Notes: generated by a model from the letters alone, not told the origin. Counted from the stretch's first letter, positions 9,642 through 19,255 are shown. The stretch: DNA of 64,000 nucleotides from an uncultured Bdellovibrionales bacterium (GCA_964612055.1 CAZTBI010000001.1:292824-356823); one strand, 5' to 3'. A program made the numbers and translations.

Positions 9642-10319
9642 TTACTTCTTGGCGGCGACCCTGGTCTGCGTGGCAGAGGTGATCCGCAGATAGGTCGGAG
9701 CCCACGCCACGGCCTGCTCGGGAGTGGCTGCCGTGATGACGCCCTGGTCCGACTTGCAGAGCAAGGTCACCATGTCCGTACGGCCGTTGGTGCTCTTGAA
9801 CAGGTAGCTCGCGTTCCCGGGATGCGAGATCCACAGGTGCTCACCACCGAGCTTGACGCCGTTCTTGGCGGGCACGAAGGTGAAGCCCGCGCAACCGCCC
9901 GGACCGCCGATCGAGACCGGGAGCGTGTACGATTCGGCGAGTGCCGTGTGGACACTCTTCGTTTCGTCGATCTTCCCGCCGTCGTCGAGCGCCCAGCCAG
10001 CCGAGCCCACGCCGGTCAGGTAGACCTGCGTGCCTTGGACGACTTCCTTGGGAGCGGACTTGAGATCCACCACCCAGACATCGCCCTTGCCCGACACATC
10101 CTTCTGGGACTTGACGCCGGGAACCTGGGGGTCCTGATTGAGGTACACGACCTTGACGCTGGTGAAGGTCAGTTCCGCCTTACCGGGCGCGATTTGCTTG
10201 ATGGACACCTGGGTGTCCATCCCGCTCCCGCCTTGCTCGGTGTTGAATTCGGCCATGGCCGAGGTCGCGGAGACGAGTGCCATCAGGGCGATGGCGGACA
10301 ATTTGCAAAAGGACTTCAT
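9642..10319 (-). CDS. Hypothetical secreted protein (GC-rich)
   Basis: ATG 10319 with SD GAGGAG; signal peptide MKSF...SAMA-E. The track's TTG start at 10481 is the -35 box. Confidence 0.75.
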   Translation of the reverse strand: MKSFCKLSAIALMALVSATSAMAEFNTEQGGSGMDTQVSIKQIAPGKAELTFTSVKVVYLNQDPQVPGVKSQKDVSGKGDVWVVDLKSAPKEVVQGTQVYLTGVGSAGWALDDGGKIDETKSVHTALAESYTLPVSIGGPGGCAGFTFVPAKNGVKLGGEHLWISHPGNASYLFKSTNGRTDMVTLLCKSDQGVITAATPEQAVAWAPTYLRITSATQTRVAAKK

Positions 10320-10452
10320 GCGAACACTCCTCAGGAGTTTTGGTTGGGTGATATGTGCCTGATATCGTACCCAACCGAGGTTGGGAAAGTTCAGGCACTT
10401 TTCAGAAAACCGTCCAATGCTCACCTCTTGCGAGATATTCACTGAACGATTC

Positions 10453-10481
10453 AATATACACCCAATTCTCTTTTTTGTCAA
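10453..10481 (-). promoter_or_regulatory. Sigma70-type promoter
   Basis: TTGACA-17bp-TATATT. Confidence 0.65.
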
Positions 10482-10532
10482 GTGGTTAAAATACCCCTTA
10501 TTTAGGCCAAAAATACCGTATGAAAAAGACTA

Positions 10533-10562
10533 AGGGCAGGGGTTCCGTGGAACCTCTGCCCT
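10533..10562 (-). terminator. Putative intrinsic terminator
   Basis: AGGGCAGGGGTTCC/GGAACCTCTGCCCT long stem downstream of the LysM gene. Confidence 0.55.
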
Positions 10563-10738
10563 ATAAGTTATGTGCGACGATGTCGCCTGACTTTTACTAC
10601 TCTCCATGAGCCGATACGTCGTTGTGCTATGCACATTGGCGCGTACCCTTTTTATAAGATCCTCTCCTTGCGGCGAGGTCTTTGACTCTTAATGAGTCAG
10701 ACTTTCATGAAAGAATTGTCTATCAGTTGTCAGCACCG

Positions 10739-12607
10739 CTACGGAATGGGCACCACGACAGTGCCGTCTTCCTCGAACGTTGCTCCAGCCTCTTGGAGGC
10801 TCTTGATCATCGCATTCCACCGTTCTTCCTGGACGTGGAGCTTGTAGTGACGCCCTGCGTCATACGTACAAGTTGCTCCAGGTGTCCGGCCGACGTCTGC
10901 AAAGTGCAGACCCGCTCCGCACCCCCACACCTTGTTGACAGTCCGGAGACCGACATAGGCATGGCCAGAGGGATCGTTCGGTGCCGTTTTATTGGCGCCG
11001 AGTTCGACAAACGGTTGCAACTTCGCTGCGAGACCTTCGTCGCCGAGGTTCTTTGAGAGGAACACCCGGCCACCGATACCCAGGACGTACTGATTGTCGG
11101 GAAGCAAGGACGAATCCAGTGCCTTCCCTTCGTAGCTATGCGACTTGCTCTGGTTGAGCGCATTGCAGTAGCTGCCCCAGATCTGCCACTCAGGGAGCAC
11201 CGTCTTGCCATCCTTTTCACGGGAGGCATCCGTATAGCTCACCGAAGCGCAAAGGAGCTCAGTGAAACGCCGCTGTTGGTAGTCGTTGCTGGCGTCATGG
11301 CCCCGCTCCCACAAACCGCCGATCATCGGGAACTTGATCCCCAAATCGCGGCGATTGTTGAACGAGAACTTCTGAGCCAGACCGAAGGCGCCGGTACGAC
11401 CACCGTAGACGTAACCATCAGATGTGCCACCTTCCCAGAGGCTGAAACTGCCACCAACGCCGAGTGCGTAGCGGCCCCACTGCGCGTACTTGAGGAACGG
11501 ATAGTAAGCCCCTTCGCCACCACCGTAACGGGTGTCCTTGTCACCGCCGGCGAAGAAACCAAGGTCCCAGTCGTCTTCGATGACAGCCGCTTCAGGTTCT
11601 TCCGGTTCCGCCTTCGGAACTTGTGGTTCGTCAGGAGTCGGAGTAACCGGCGGCGCTGAGGCTGCCGGAGGAGGCGACTCTTCACGTTGCGGGGGCGGCA
11701 GCTCCACTGGCTTTTCCGGCGGCTGCCAGGTAATCCAGTTGAAGCAGTTACGCATCCAAACGAGAGCATGACCCGACGGGAGCACGAAACGCTCGCCCAA
11801 AACCGGATCCTTCAGCGTCGATTCGTCCCACACGGTACGCATGGGGCCGATGGCTACAGCACTGCCCTTGTGGCAGAACGTCACCTGTTCGATGCGCGTA
11901 CCGGTACGAATATCCACCCGACCCTCTTCGGTCGTGATGTTGATCCGTGGACCGGTGTGGCCAATGCGTTGACGCAGGTACGCTTTGTCCTCTTCCGAGA
12001 GACCAAGTGCCACCCAAGCCTCTTCATTGATGACATCGATGCTCTTCTTGCCGCAGCCATTGAGCGGTGCACTGCCCACGACACGGTAAGGAATTTCTCC
12101 CTCCACCTTTTCGAGAGCCGGCGCTGCCACCTTGGCCTTGGGAGCCTTGGGCGACACAGTAGCGATCTGGGGCTTGGTCTTGTGAACTGTACCCAGCTTG
12201 ATGACTTGACCAATCGTGATCACGTGGCAGTTCGAGAGATCGTTGTAGGCGCAAAGCCCACGCCAATCGTACCCGAACCGCTCGCCGATCTTGCTCAGCG
12301 TTTCGCCTGCTGTCTTGACCGTGTGCGTCTTCGGCTGCGAAGCTACCTGCGCTTGGTGAATGTCACCAGTCGCCAGCACCGAAGCTTGAATAGCTGGTGC
12401 TGGAGCAGACGCAGGAACGTGAGCTCGCGGCGCCGAAGCGACACGAGCGGGAACGGGTTGCGCGAGCGGAACCTGGACCCCTTGCAGGGAGAGTTCCGGA
12501 CCCGTGTACTGCCGCCACTTCTGCTGGATCGGCTCTTGGTAGAGCCAACCAGCAGCAAGGATCACGACGAGGGCGATGATGCCCCAGCCGAGCATTCTTG
12601 CGTTCAT
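10739..12607 (-). CDS. Membrane-anchored LysM protein with Pro-rich linker and beta-rich C-terminal domain
   Basis: N-terminal TM; LysM HTVK..GETLSKIG.RFG..W..LC.YN.L...H.I.IGQ.I.L; SD AAGGA before ATG 12607. Confidence 0.8.
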   Translation of the reverse strand: MNARMLGWGIIALVVILAAGWLYQEPIQQKWRQYTGPELSLQGVQVPLAQPVPARVASAPRAHVPASAPAPAIQASVLATGDIHQAQVASQPKTHTVKTAGETLSKIGERFGYDWRGLCAYNDLSNCHVITIGQVIKLGTVHKTKPQIATVSPKAPKAKVAAPALEKVEGEIPYRVVGSAPLNGCGKKSIDVINEEAWVALGLSEEDKAYLRQRIGHTGPRINITTEEGRVDIRTGTRIEQVTFCHKGSAVAIGPMRTVWDESTLKDPVLGERFVLPSGHALVWMRNCFNWITWQPPEKPVELPPPQREESPPPAASAPPVTPTPDEPQVPKAEPEEPEAAVIEDDWDLGFFAGGDKDTRYGGGEGAYYPFLKYAQWGRYALGVGGSFSLWEGGTSDGYVYGGRTGAFGLAQKFSFNNRRDLGIKFPMIGGLWERGHDASNDYQQRRFTELLCASVSYTDASREKDGKTVLPEWQIWGSYCNALNQSKSHSYEGKALDSSLLPDNQYVLGIGGRVFLSKNLGDEGLAAKLQPFVELGANKTAPNDPSGHAYVGLRTVNKVWGCGAGLHFADVGRTPGATCTYDAGRHYKLHVQEERWNAMIKSLQEAGATFEEDGTVVVPIP

Positions 12608-12627
12608 GGGAATTCCTTTCCATAGGT

Positions 12628-13779
12628 TTAGGGTGGGCTGCTTGAGGGAAGCAGCCCGGATTGGACTACTTCTTCTTGCACAGCACCACCTTTCTTGCCG
12701 TTGGTGCGGAATGACAGACGCTCTTTCAATCGATTGAGCTCTTGCCACAGTTCACGAATGCGCGGAGCAAGCCCCTCGCCAATCTCCCATCCGGACTTAC
12801 GTCCATCGAAATCAAGGTTGAAAGGGGTGTCGTCGGAGGACGGAATCCCCAGACGCGTTTCGTGCTCGCGACGCTGCATGTTGTAATCACGCAGGTAGCG
12901 CTTCAGGGCCACTTCTGCCTCCGGTGCCGAGTACTGCCGTTCCCCGAAAGGACCGGTATAGCGTTCGTCACTGGCGTTGTAGAGGGCCATACCGAGCGAG
13001 ACCGCCGTCCCTGGCCCCGGAGGGACAGAAAACGGCAATCCACGTTCAGCTGCGCGCTCTTTCAGAGTTACTTGACGCAGATCACCCACCACACGCGGAT
13101 TGAGCGCCATCGAGTGAAGGGAATACACCTCATCGACACTTGGACGTGCCGATGTGGCGAAATCCTTCCGGATACGAGCCAGAAGCCGAGCTCCTGCACC
13201 AGTCTCCTTTATCTCGACAGTCCGAGCCTTGGAAGGGAACATGCGAACGAATTCACCGTTCACCATTTCCAAACACCCTTTCCCGGGAAACAGCCGAAGC
13301 ATGTCACCGGAAACGGTCAGGAGCTTGGTGTGCGCACCCGAAAGTACATACACATTGAGCTCCTGACCGTCCCGCACTGATGGATCCGTGATGAGCACGG
13401 TCAGTACGGGAAAGGTGAGCGGGTTTTCCATGACAGCAGGAAAGAATCGCTTCTCCCCCGTGCGCTCATTTACCACGATCGCCTGCCATCCGTAACGCGG
13501 GTACTGATCGGGAGAGCGAGTATCCTCGCCCTCCACGAACCAACCCAACGTATCTCCAACCCACTCGGCTGGAATTTTGATCTGCACCACCCTGGCCTTG
13601 GTAAGAGACCGGGTATTGACACCGGAAAGCGCAAGCGCCTTCCAGCTTTGAGGCAGCTGACAGACATCCTCACCCGAGATATGACTCGCGGGCAATTTGT
13701 CGTCAGCGAACTGTCGGTTCGTGGCACAGCCTGCAAAGGCCACACACACGATCCAGATGACAAGCATACGAAGAATCAT
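12628..13779 (-). CDS. Hypothetical lipoprotein
   Basis: Lipobox AFAG-C; SD GTGAGGT; stop 20 bp before the LysM gene start (likely operon). Confidence 0.7.
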   Translation of the reverse strand: MILRMLVIWIVCVAFAGCATNRQFADDKLPASHISGEDVCQLPQSWKALALSGVNTRSLTKARVVQIKIPAEWVGDTLGWFVEGEDTRSPDQYPRYGWQAIVVNERTGEKRFFPAVMENPLTFPVLTVLITDPSVRDGQELNVYVLSGAHTKLLTVSGDMLRLFPGKGCLEMVNGEFVRMFPSKARTVEIKETGAGARLLARIRKDFATSARPSVDEVYSLHSMALNPRVVGDLRQVTLKERAAERGLPFSVPPGPGTAVSLGMALYNASDERYTGPFGERQYSAPEAEVALKRYLRDYNMQRREHETRLGIPSSDDTPFNLDFDGRKSGWEIGEGLAPRIRELWQELNRLKERLSFRTNGKKGGAVQEEVVQSGLLPSSSPP

Positions 13780-13917
13780 GATGAGACCTCACTTTGAAGT
13801 TGCGAAATTGTCAAAGACCTAGCAATCGAAACGATCCTAGGAAGAAAGCAGTGATGACGATAACGCCGCACCGCTCTCTTCCCAGGAGACTTGGAGACCC
13901 AAGTCAGGGAGAGATAT

Positions 13918-14580
13918 TTATCGCAACATCTCATTCAAAGGAACTTCTTCATTTCTCGAACTCTTGTAGGTTGATTCGTATTTCACTACTACTGCAAAGG
14001 CGGCCAGGAAAAATCCAGCAATGAATGCCATGGCTACTACTTTCAGAATTTTTGTCAGTCCAGGATTTTGTTCGAGGATCGGGCCAGAAAGCACACGAAT
14101 CTCAACGCTCTTTTCATCACCACCACGGAAAAGCACATTCTTCTCGGTCAGTACCTGAGCGATACCTTCCATGACACGGGCGACATCGCGTTCGCGCTCA
14201 CCCTTCACAGTGACACTCAAGATACCAAGTTCGAGATTCTTCTCGACGGTGACCATCTTTGACCAGGCAGCCAAACGCTGACTCTTATCAAACGGTAAGA
14301 ATTCTTTGTTCACCTTCCCGGTTTCCACCAAGGCATCAACAAAGCGATCACTGTAGACGGCCTCACTCAAAATCTTTCCAAGATACTCAGAAGATTTGAA
14401 CTGCGTGTAGAAATCCTGGTTCGAGGCATTTGCCTGCACCACCAAAAAATCCATCTTGGTCTGAAACGGTTTTTCCGTCACCATGAGACCAAAAAATCCC
14501 AAGACACCAAAAAGGAGTCCCGTAAGAATGAGAGCACCCATCTTTGACCGCAGCAGCGCGAAGAGATACTGATTTCCCAT
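13918..14580 (-). CDS. Wzz/CpsC-like polysaccharide chain-length determinant
   Basis: Two terminal TMs around an extracytoplasmic loop; Pro before the second TM. Confidence 0.7.
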   Translation of the reverse strand: MGNQYLFALLRSKMGALILTGLLFGVLGFFGLMVTEKPFQTKMDFLVVQANASNQDFYTQFKSSEYLGKILSEAVYSDRFVDALVETGKVNKEFLPFDKSQRLAAWSKMVTVEKNLELGILSVTVKGERERDVARVMEGIAQVLTEKNVLFRGGDEKSVEIRVLSGPILEQNPGLTKILKVVAMAFIAGFFLAAFAVVVKYESTYKSSRNEEVPLNEMLR

Positions 14581-14609
14581 ACGTAAGTAATACTATTTAT
14601 GAACCTTAT

Positions 14610-14638
14610 ATATTACCAAAAAATAAGGGAAATGTCAA
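14610..14638 (-). promoter_or_regulatory. Sigma70-type promoter
   Basis: TTGACA-17bp-TAATAT with TGn. Confidence 0.65.
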
Positions 14639-14717
14639 TAGCCAAGGAGAAAGAGAAAAACCACAGCCTCAAATCAGGGAACTGTGGCTTTTCTAAGCCT
14701 TTTTACCGAATCCTTCT

Positions 14718-15866
14718 CTAAAAAATCCGGCTGATCTTTTCCAGAATCTGGAATTGGGCGAAATCACGAACGGTGACGAAGAGCATGAGAAGCAAAAGGA
14801 GGATAAAACCGATCTGATGGATCATCCCCTCTACCCTGTGACTCACTGGCGAACCTTTCAACTTCTCAATCAAGATAAAAAGAATACGGCCACCATCGAG
14901 CGCGGGAATCGGCAGGATGTTTATGATACCAAGATTGATAGAAAGAAGCGCGGCAAATTGAAGCAGATACGGCAACCCGAGATCACTCATCTGCTTCGTC
15001 AGATAGACAATACCCACTGGTCCAGTGACATCAAGCGGTGTCTTTTCGGCACCGAAAAGTGAGGCAATCATCTTGCCAAAAGCTTCGAAAATGGCCATCG
15101 TAATACTGTAGGTCGTCGTCGCACCACGATAGATGGCTTCGTACCATGGATAGGAAACCACCGCTGTTTCAGAGAAAGAAATACCAAGCGCCCCTTGATT
15201 GGCTGGAGATTCTTTGCGCGGCGTACCGGAGAGTGTCAATTTTTCTCCAAAGCGATCTATACTGACGGTAATAACCTCTCCTTTGTGGGTAGAAATCTCT
15301 CCAGAAACCTGATCAAGGGCTGTCATTTCTTTCCCATTGATGGCAACAATTTCATCCCCCATCTTGAGTCCCATGACTTCAGCAGGCGAACCCTTGGTGA
15401 TATCGAGAATCTGAATCTTGGCATTTGGATACTTGCCGTGCTCGCTTTGTTCGATCGGCTGTGGCAACCCCAGCATGAAGACTATGGAAATAAGGAACCA
15501 GGCGAAAAGGAAGTTCATAAACACTCCCGCCGCCAGCACCTTGATACGGGTCCAGGCAGACTTACTCGCGAAACTCTGTGGATCACTGGTATCATGTCCA
15601 TCCTCACCGGCAATCTTCACAAAACCACCAAGCGGAATCCAATTGAGCGAATAAACGGTCTGACCGCTCGGCATATCTTTGCTCCCCCACACGATACGGT
15701 ACTTTCCGGAAGCCTCATCTTTCACGAAACCAAAGAGTCTCGGTGGAAAACCGAAACCAAACTCGTCTACCCGGATACCATTACGCTTAGCAGTCAGGAA
15801 ATGCCCCAACTCATGAACAAAGACGAGAAGCCCGAGAATGATGACAAATATGAGGATAGTCAACAT
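14718..15866 (-). CDS. rseP: RIP metalloprotease RseP (M50, PDZ)
   Basis: HELGH, IPLGGFV, PDZ SPA...GL..GD.I, NILPIPALDGGR. Confidence 0.93.
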   Translation of the reverse strand: MLTILIFVIILGLLVFVHELGHFLTAKRNGIRVDEFGFGFPPRLFGFVKDEASGKYRIVWGSKDMPSGQTVYSLNWIPLGGFVKIAGEDGHDTSDPQSFASKSAWTRIKVLAAGVFMNFLFAWFLISIVFMLGLPQPIEQSEHGKYPNAKIQILDITKGSPAEVMGLKMGDEIVAINGKEMTALDQVSGEISTHKGEVITVSIDRFGEKLTLSGTPRKESPANQGALGISFSETAVVSYPWYEAIYRGATTTYSITMAIFEAFGKMIASLFGAEKTPLDVTGPVGIVYLTKQMSDLGLPYLLQFAALLSINLGIINILPIPALDGGRILFILIEKLKGSPVSHRVEGMIHQIGFILLLLLMLFVTVRDFAQFQILEKISRIF

Positions 15867-15880
15867 AGAGAGTGCAGTAA

Positions 15881-16438
15881 TTAGACAGTAAGTATTTCTT
15901 CCTCTTTTTTCTTGCGCGCAGTTTCGAGCTTCTGATTGTATTCATCGACAACTTTCTGAAGTTCATCCTTACCAGAAAACTTGTCATCCTCCGAAATCTC
16001 TCCAGACTTTTCAAAATCCTGAATATCTTTCCAAATTTCTTCGCGGACATTACGGACAGCGATACGGGCTTCCTCGGCCCGTTGATTGAGTGATTTCACG
16101 AGATTTTTGCGTGTTTCTTCCGTCAAAGCTGGCAGCGTAATTCGGAGTGCCTGGCCATCATTACCAGGATTGAGCCCTAAATCTGACTCACGAAGCGCGG
16201 CTTCAATCAAAACAAGGCTCGCCTTGTCCCATGGTTGAATCAAAATCTGACGCGCTTCAGGGATATTGATATTCGCAATCTGACGAAGCGGTGTCCTGGT
16301 ACCGTAATAATCAACCATGAGATTCTCTACCAACGCCGGATGAGCCCGACCAGTACGAATTTTGACCGCTTCACTCGCAAAATGCTCTACCGCATTTTCA
16401 AAACTCTGTTTTTTCTCTTCAATCAGTTCTTTTATCAT
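15881..16438 (-). CDS. frr: Ribosome recycling factor
   Basis: IRTGRA, VDYYG..TPL.Q.A, LTEE.RK, RNVR. Confidence 0.96.
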   Translation of the reverse strand: MIKELIEEKKQSFENAVEHFASEAVKIRTGRAHPALVENLMVDYYGTRTPLRQIANINIPEARQILIQPWDKASLVLIEAALRESDLGLNPGNDGQALRITLPALTEETRKNLVKSLNQRAEEARIAVRNVREEIWKDIQDFEKSGEISEDDKFSGKDELQKVVDEYNQKLETARKKKEEEILTV

Positions 16439-16477
16439 ACGTCTTTATGGGTAATAAATAGGGATTTACAAGGGTTT

Positions 16478-17581
16478 TTAGAATTTTCGGAGTCCAAAAT
16501 AAATGATCTCGGAGGCATTTGGGGTGTACTCGATGACACTGACACCACGATCTATTTTGAGCTGTATCGTAGACCAAGTCATTCCCCTATCAATAGATTT
16601 GTAAAAGGCACTGCCCGAGACATAAATGACTTCGGCAGAGTTCTTTGGGCTGATGGCCACAGAACGGATAGGGAACTTGCGAGAACTTTCTATGATCGGA
16701 AGAGCCTGCCAAGACTCACCGTAGTTATCACTTTTGAAAAGACCATTGCTTCCCCCAGCATAGAGCAGTCCCGGACGACTCGGATCAGCAACCAGCGTCG
16801 TGATACCGCTTGGTTGTAGAGCTGTCAGATCAACGGCCGTACCCGTCTGAGAGCTACTTGATGCATTCGCACTGAGGCTCGCGTAATCATTCCAAGTGCC
16901 TCCCCCATCTGAACTCATAATTGTCCCTTTACTAAAAATGAGAAAGGTAACCGTCGCTGGGAGTCCAGGATGAAAGACGAGATCTGTTATTGGGCCCTTG
17001 GCCACAAAAACATTCTTCCATGTTTCGCCACCATCCATACTCTTGATGATGACCCCAGCACTGGTACCAGCATAGATAGTACTCGGCACATCCGGGCTCG
17101 ATCCCAAAGCTGTAATAACCGTTCCCGCTCCAGGTTCGGTATAGACTTCCTTCCACTCTTTTCCTCCATCTTCGGAACGGTAAACCTTACCCACATCACT
17201 GATGACACCACTCGCATACACCAAATTCGCATTGGAACGATCGATGGTCAGTCCATAGATCTTGGTCGGCGGAAAAACGAGCTTCTCCCAGTGCTCCGCT
17301 CCATCGATCGTTTTGAAAAGACCACTCCCTAGTGTCCCCATGTATATCACCTGCTGATCACTGGGGCTAAAAACAAAATTAAGAACGTCAGCGGAAGTAA
17401 TTTTCTGTTCAGCGCCATCAACGGTAACTACTACCTTTGAAGAAAAGGTTTCTCCGCTGTCAGAAGACTTCCAGACACTTCCACCGCCCGTAGACGCCCC
17501 CGGTACCGCAACCGGCAGTTTCACCGTGCAGCCAGAAAGAAGCATCGAAAAAGCAACTATTGCCAAAACTTTCTTTCCCAT
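16478..17581 (-). CDS. BNR/Asp-box (YCF48-like) beta-propeller lipoprotein
   Basis: Lipobox LLSG-C; repeated S.DGG.TW Asp-boxes. Confidence 0.8.
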   Translation of the reverse strand: MGKKVLAIVAFSMLLSGCTVKLPVAVPGASTGGGSVWKSSDSGETFSSKVVVTVDGAEQKITSADVLNFVFSPSDQQVIYMGTLGSGLFKTIDGAEHWEKLVFPPTKIYGLTIDRSNANLVYASGVISDVGKVYRSEDGGKEWKEVYTEPGAGTVITALGSSPDVPSTIYAGTSAGVIIKSMDGGETWKNVFVAKGPITDLVFHPGLPATVTFLIFSKGTIMSSDGGGTWNDYASLSANASSSSQTGTAVDLTALQPSGITTLVADPSRPGLLYAGGSNGLFKSDNYGESWQALPIIESSRKFPIRSVAISPKNSAEVIYVSGSAFYKSIDRGMTWSTIQLKIDRGVSVIEYTPNASEIIYFGLRKF

Positions 17582-17603
17582 AATTTTTCATTATTACCAA
17601 GCG

Positions 17604-17674
17604 AAGCGAGTGAAACGAAAGTTTATTTTCGTTTCCGAGCGAGTGCTGGTAAAATCAGATGAATACCTGTTATT
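17604..17674. repeat. 71-bp dispersed repeat, copy 1
   Basis: 63/71 identical to 57392-57462 by manual alignment; two hairpins. Confidence 0.8.
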
Positions 17675-17712
17675 CTTTGCTCAGTATAGCAGAAAAAGCT
17701 CCTCCAGAAAAG

Positions 17713-17743
17713 AAAAAGAACCCCTTTTAAAGGGGTTCTTTTT
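17713..17743 (-). terminator. Intrinsic terminator after tRNA-Lys
   Basis: AAAAAGAACCCCTT/AAGGGGTTCTTTTT. Confidence 0.7.
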
Positions 17744-17761
17744 TGGGAGCTCTATTATCTT

Positions 17762-17837
17762 TGGTGGGTGCGGGGGGAATCGAACCCTCGACCGTTGGCT
17801 TAAAAGGCCACTGCTCTACCGACTGAGCTACGCACCC
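17762..17837 (-). tRNA. tRNA-Lys(TTT)
   Basis: 76-nt cloverleaf; GGGTGCG acceptor stem, anticodon loop CTTTTAA, GGTTCGATTCC T-arm, encoded CCA. Confidence 0.95.
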
Positions 17838-17935
17838 AAATTCAATCAACAGACAACATTAAACAGTTAACAGGAAAACAAGGAAAAAATCAAGCCGTTC
17901 AGCCAAAACCATGGCTTTCCGCTGCTTATAAGCTA

Positions 17936-19255
17936 CTACTTGTTTCTGAGCTCGATCTTGTCCTTACCGACAAACGACCGGAGAACTTCCGGCACCCCTA
18001 TGGAACCATCGGCTTCCTGATAGTTTTCCATAATCGCAATGAGCGTTCTTCCAATGGCAAAAGCTGTCGCATCGTTCATATGAGCATACTCAGTTACCCC
18101 TATAGTCCGCTTCACTCGAGTATTGAGACGACGAGCTTGATAGTCAGTCATGAGGTCAGATGTATGTGTTTCTCGGTACTTATCTTGCCCAGGCATAAAA
18201 CATTCGATATCGATCTGCCGAGCATCTGGCACACCCATATCTCCTGTGCAGATCTGCACTACCTGGTACGGTATACCCAGAGATTTCACGAAATACTCCT
18301 GAATAGCCACAAACAGATTCTGCTCTTCGAGCGACTGATCTCCAGTCGTAAACGACTCCATCTCAAGCTTGTCGAACTGATGCAAACGCAGGATCCCCTT
18401 CATGTCTTTGCCATAAGAACCTGCCTCACGACGGAAAGAGGTCGAGTATCCAACATAGCGAAGGGGTAACTCTCTTTCTTCCAGTGTTTCATCCATGTGC
18501 ATGGAGCCAAGCGTATGCTCAGCACTCCCGATCAAATACAAGTCATCTTCAGGTAAATAGTAGCGCTCATCTTTAGGATTGATGCGAGCCATTTTCTCAA
18601 AAGGCTCTGGTTTAATGAAGACAGGCGGCACCACAGGAACAAACGAGGTAGGGGCCACTGAGAGACCAGCGCCCGTAATAATTTCTTGCAACTTTTCGGT
18701 ACTGGTGAGAATAGAGAAGACATACTGAACGAGGGCAAACTGAAGCAAGGCCAAATCTCCCTTCAAATAGGCAAATCTGGCACCACTCACTTTGGCCGCC
18801 CGAGCCGTATCAATCACCCCAAGAGCTTCTCCGAGTTCCCAGTGTTCCTTGGGTTGAAAGGCGAACTCCCGTAACGTCCCTACTTTTCTCAAAACGACAT
18901 TTTCACTCTCGTCTTTCCCTCTTGGCGTATCAGCACTTGGAATATTCGGCACCTGGAGCATCAGCTCATCAAATTCCGTTTTCGTTTTAGTATAAAGAGG
19001 TTCAAGCTCATCCGTCTTCACTTTGATCTCTTTGCCCTTGGCGATGATTTCTGCCCTCTCTTCATCATTCTGCGCCTTTTGAATCAAATCATTGATATCA
19101 TTCTTGAGCGATTTCAATTCCTCCATCTCCTGAAGAAGCTTGATGCGCTCCTGATCTTTAGCGAGTAAGACGTCAATATCAAGAGTTAAGTTCTTGGCCG
19201 CCACTGCCTCTTTGACCACCTCAGCGTTACTTCGGATGAATTGAATATCGAGCAT
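17936..19255 (-). CDS. serS: Serine--tRNA ligase
   Basis: MLDIQFIR, FRREAGSYGKD..G..R.HQF.K, DYQARRL. Confidence 0.97.
   Translation of the reverse strand: MLDIQFIRSNAEVVKEAVAAKNLTLDIDVLLAKDQERIKLLQEMEELKSLKNDINDLIQKAQNDEERAEIIAKGKEIKVKTDELEPLYTKTKTEFDELMLQVPNIPSADTPRGKDESENVVLRKVGTLREFAFQPKEHWELGEALGVIDTARAAKVSGARFAYLKGDLALLQFALVQYVFSILTSTEKLQEIITGAGLSVAPTSFVPVVPPVFIKPEPFEKMARINPKDERYYLPEDDLYLIGSAEHTLGSMHMDETLEERELPLRYVGYSTSFRREAGSYGKDMKGILRLHQFDKLEMESFTTGDQSLEEQNLFVAIQEYFVKSLGIPYQVVQICTGDMGVPDARQIDIECFMPGQDKYRETHTSDLMTDYQARRLNTRVKRTIGVTEYAHMNDATAFAIGRTLIAIMENYQEADGSIGVPEVLRSFVGKDKIELRNK

Noticed and set aside
8934-13779. Prophage or integrative element
   Set aside because: No integrase, structural or replication genes and no att-like repeats seen
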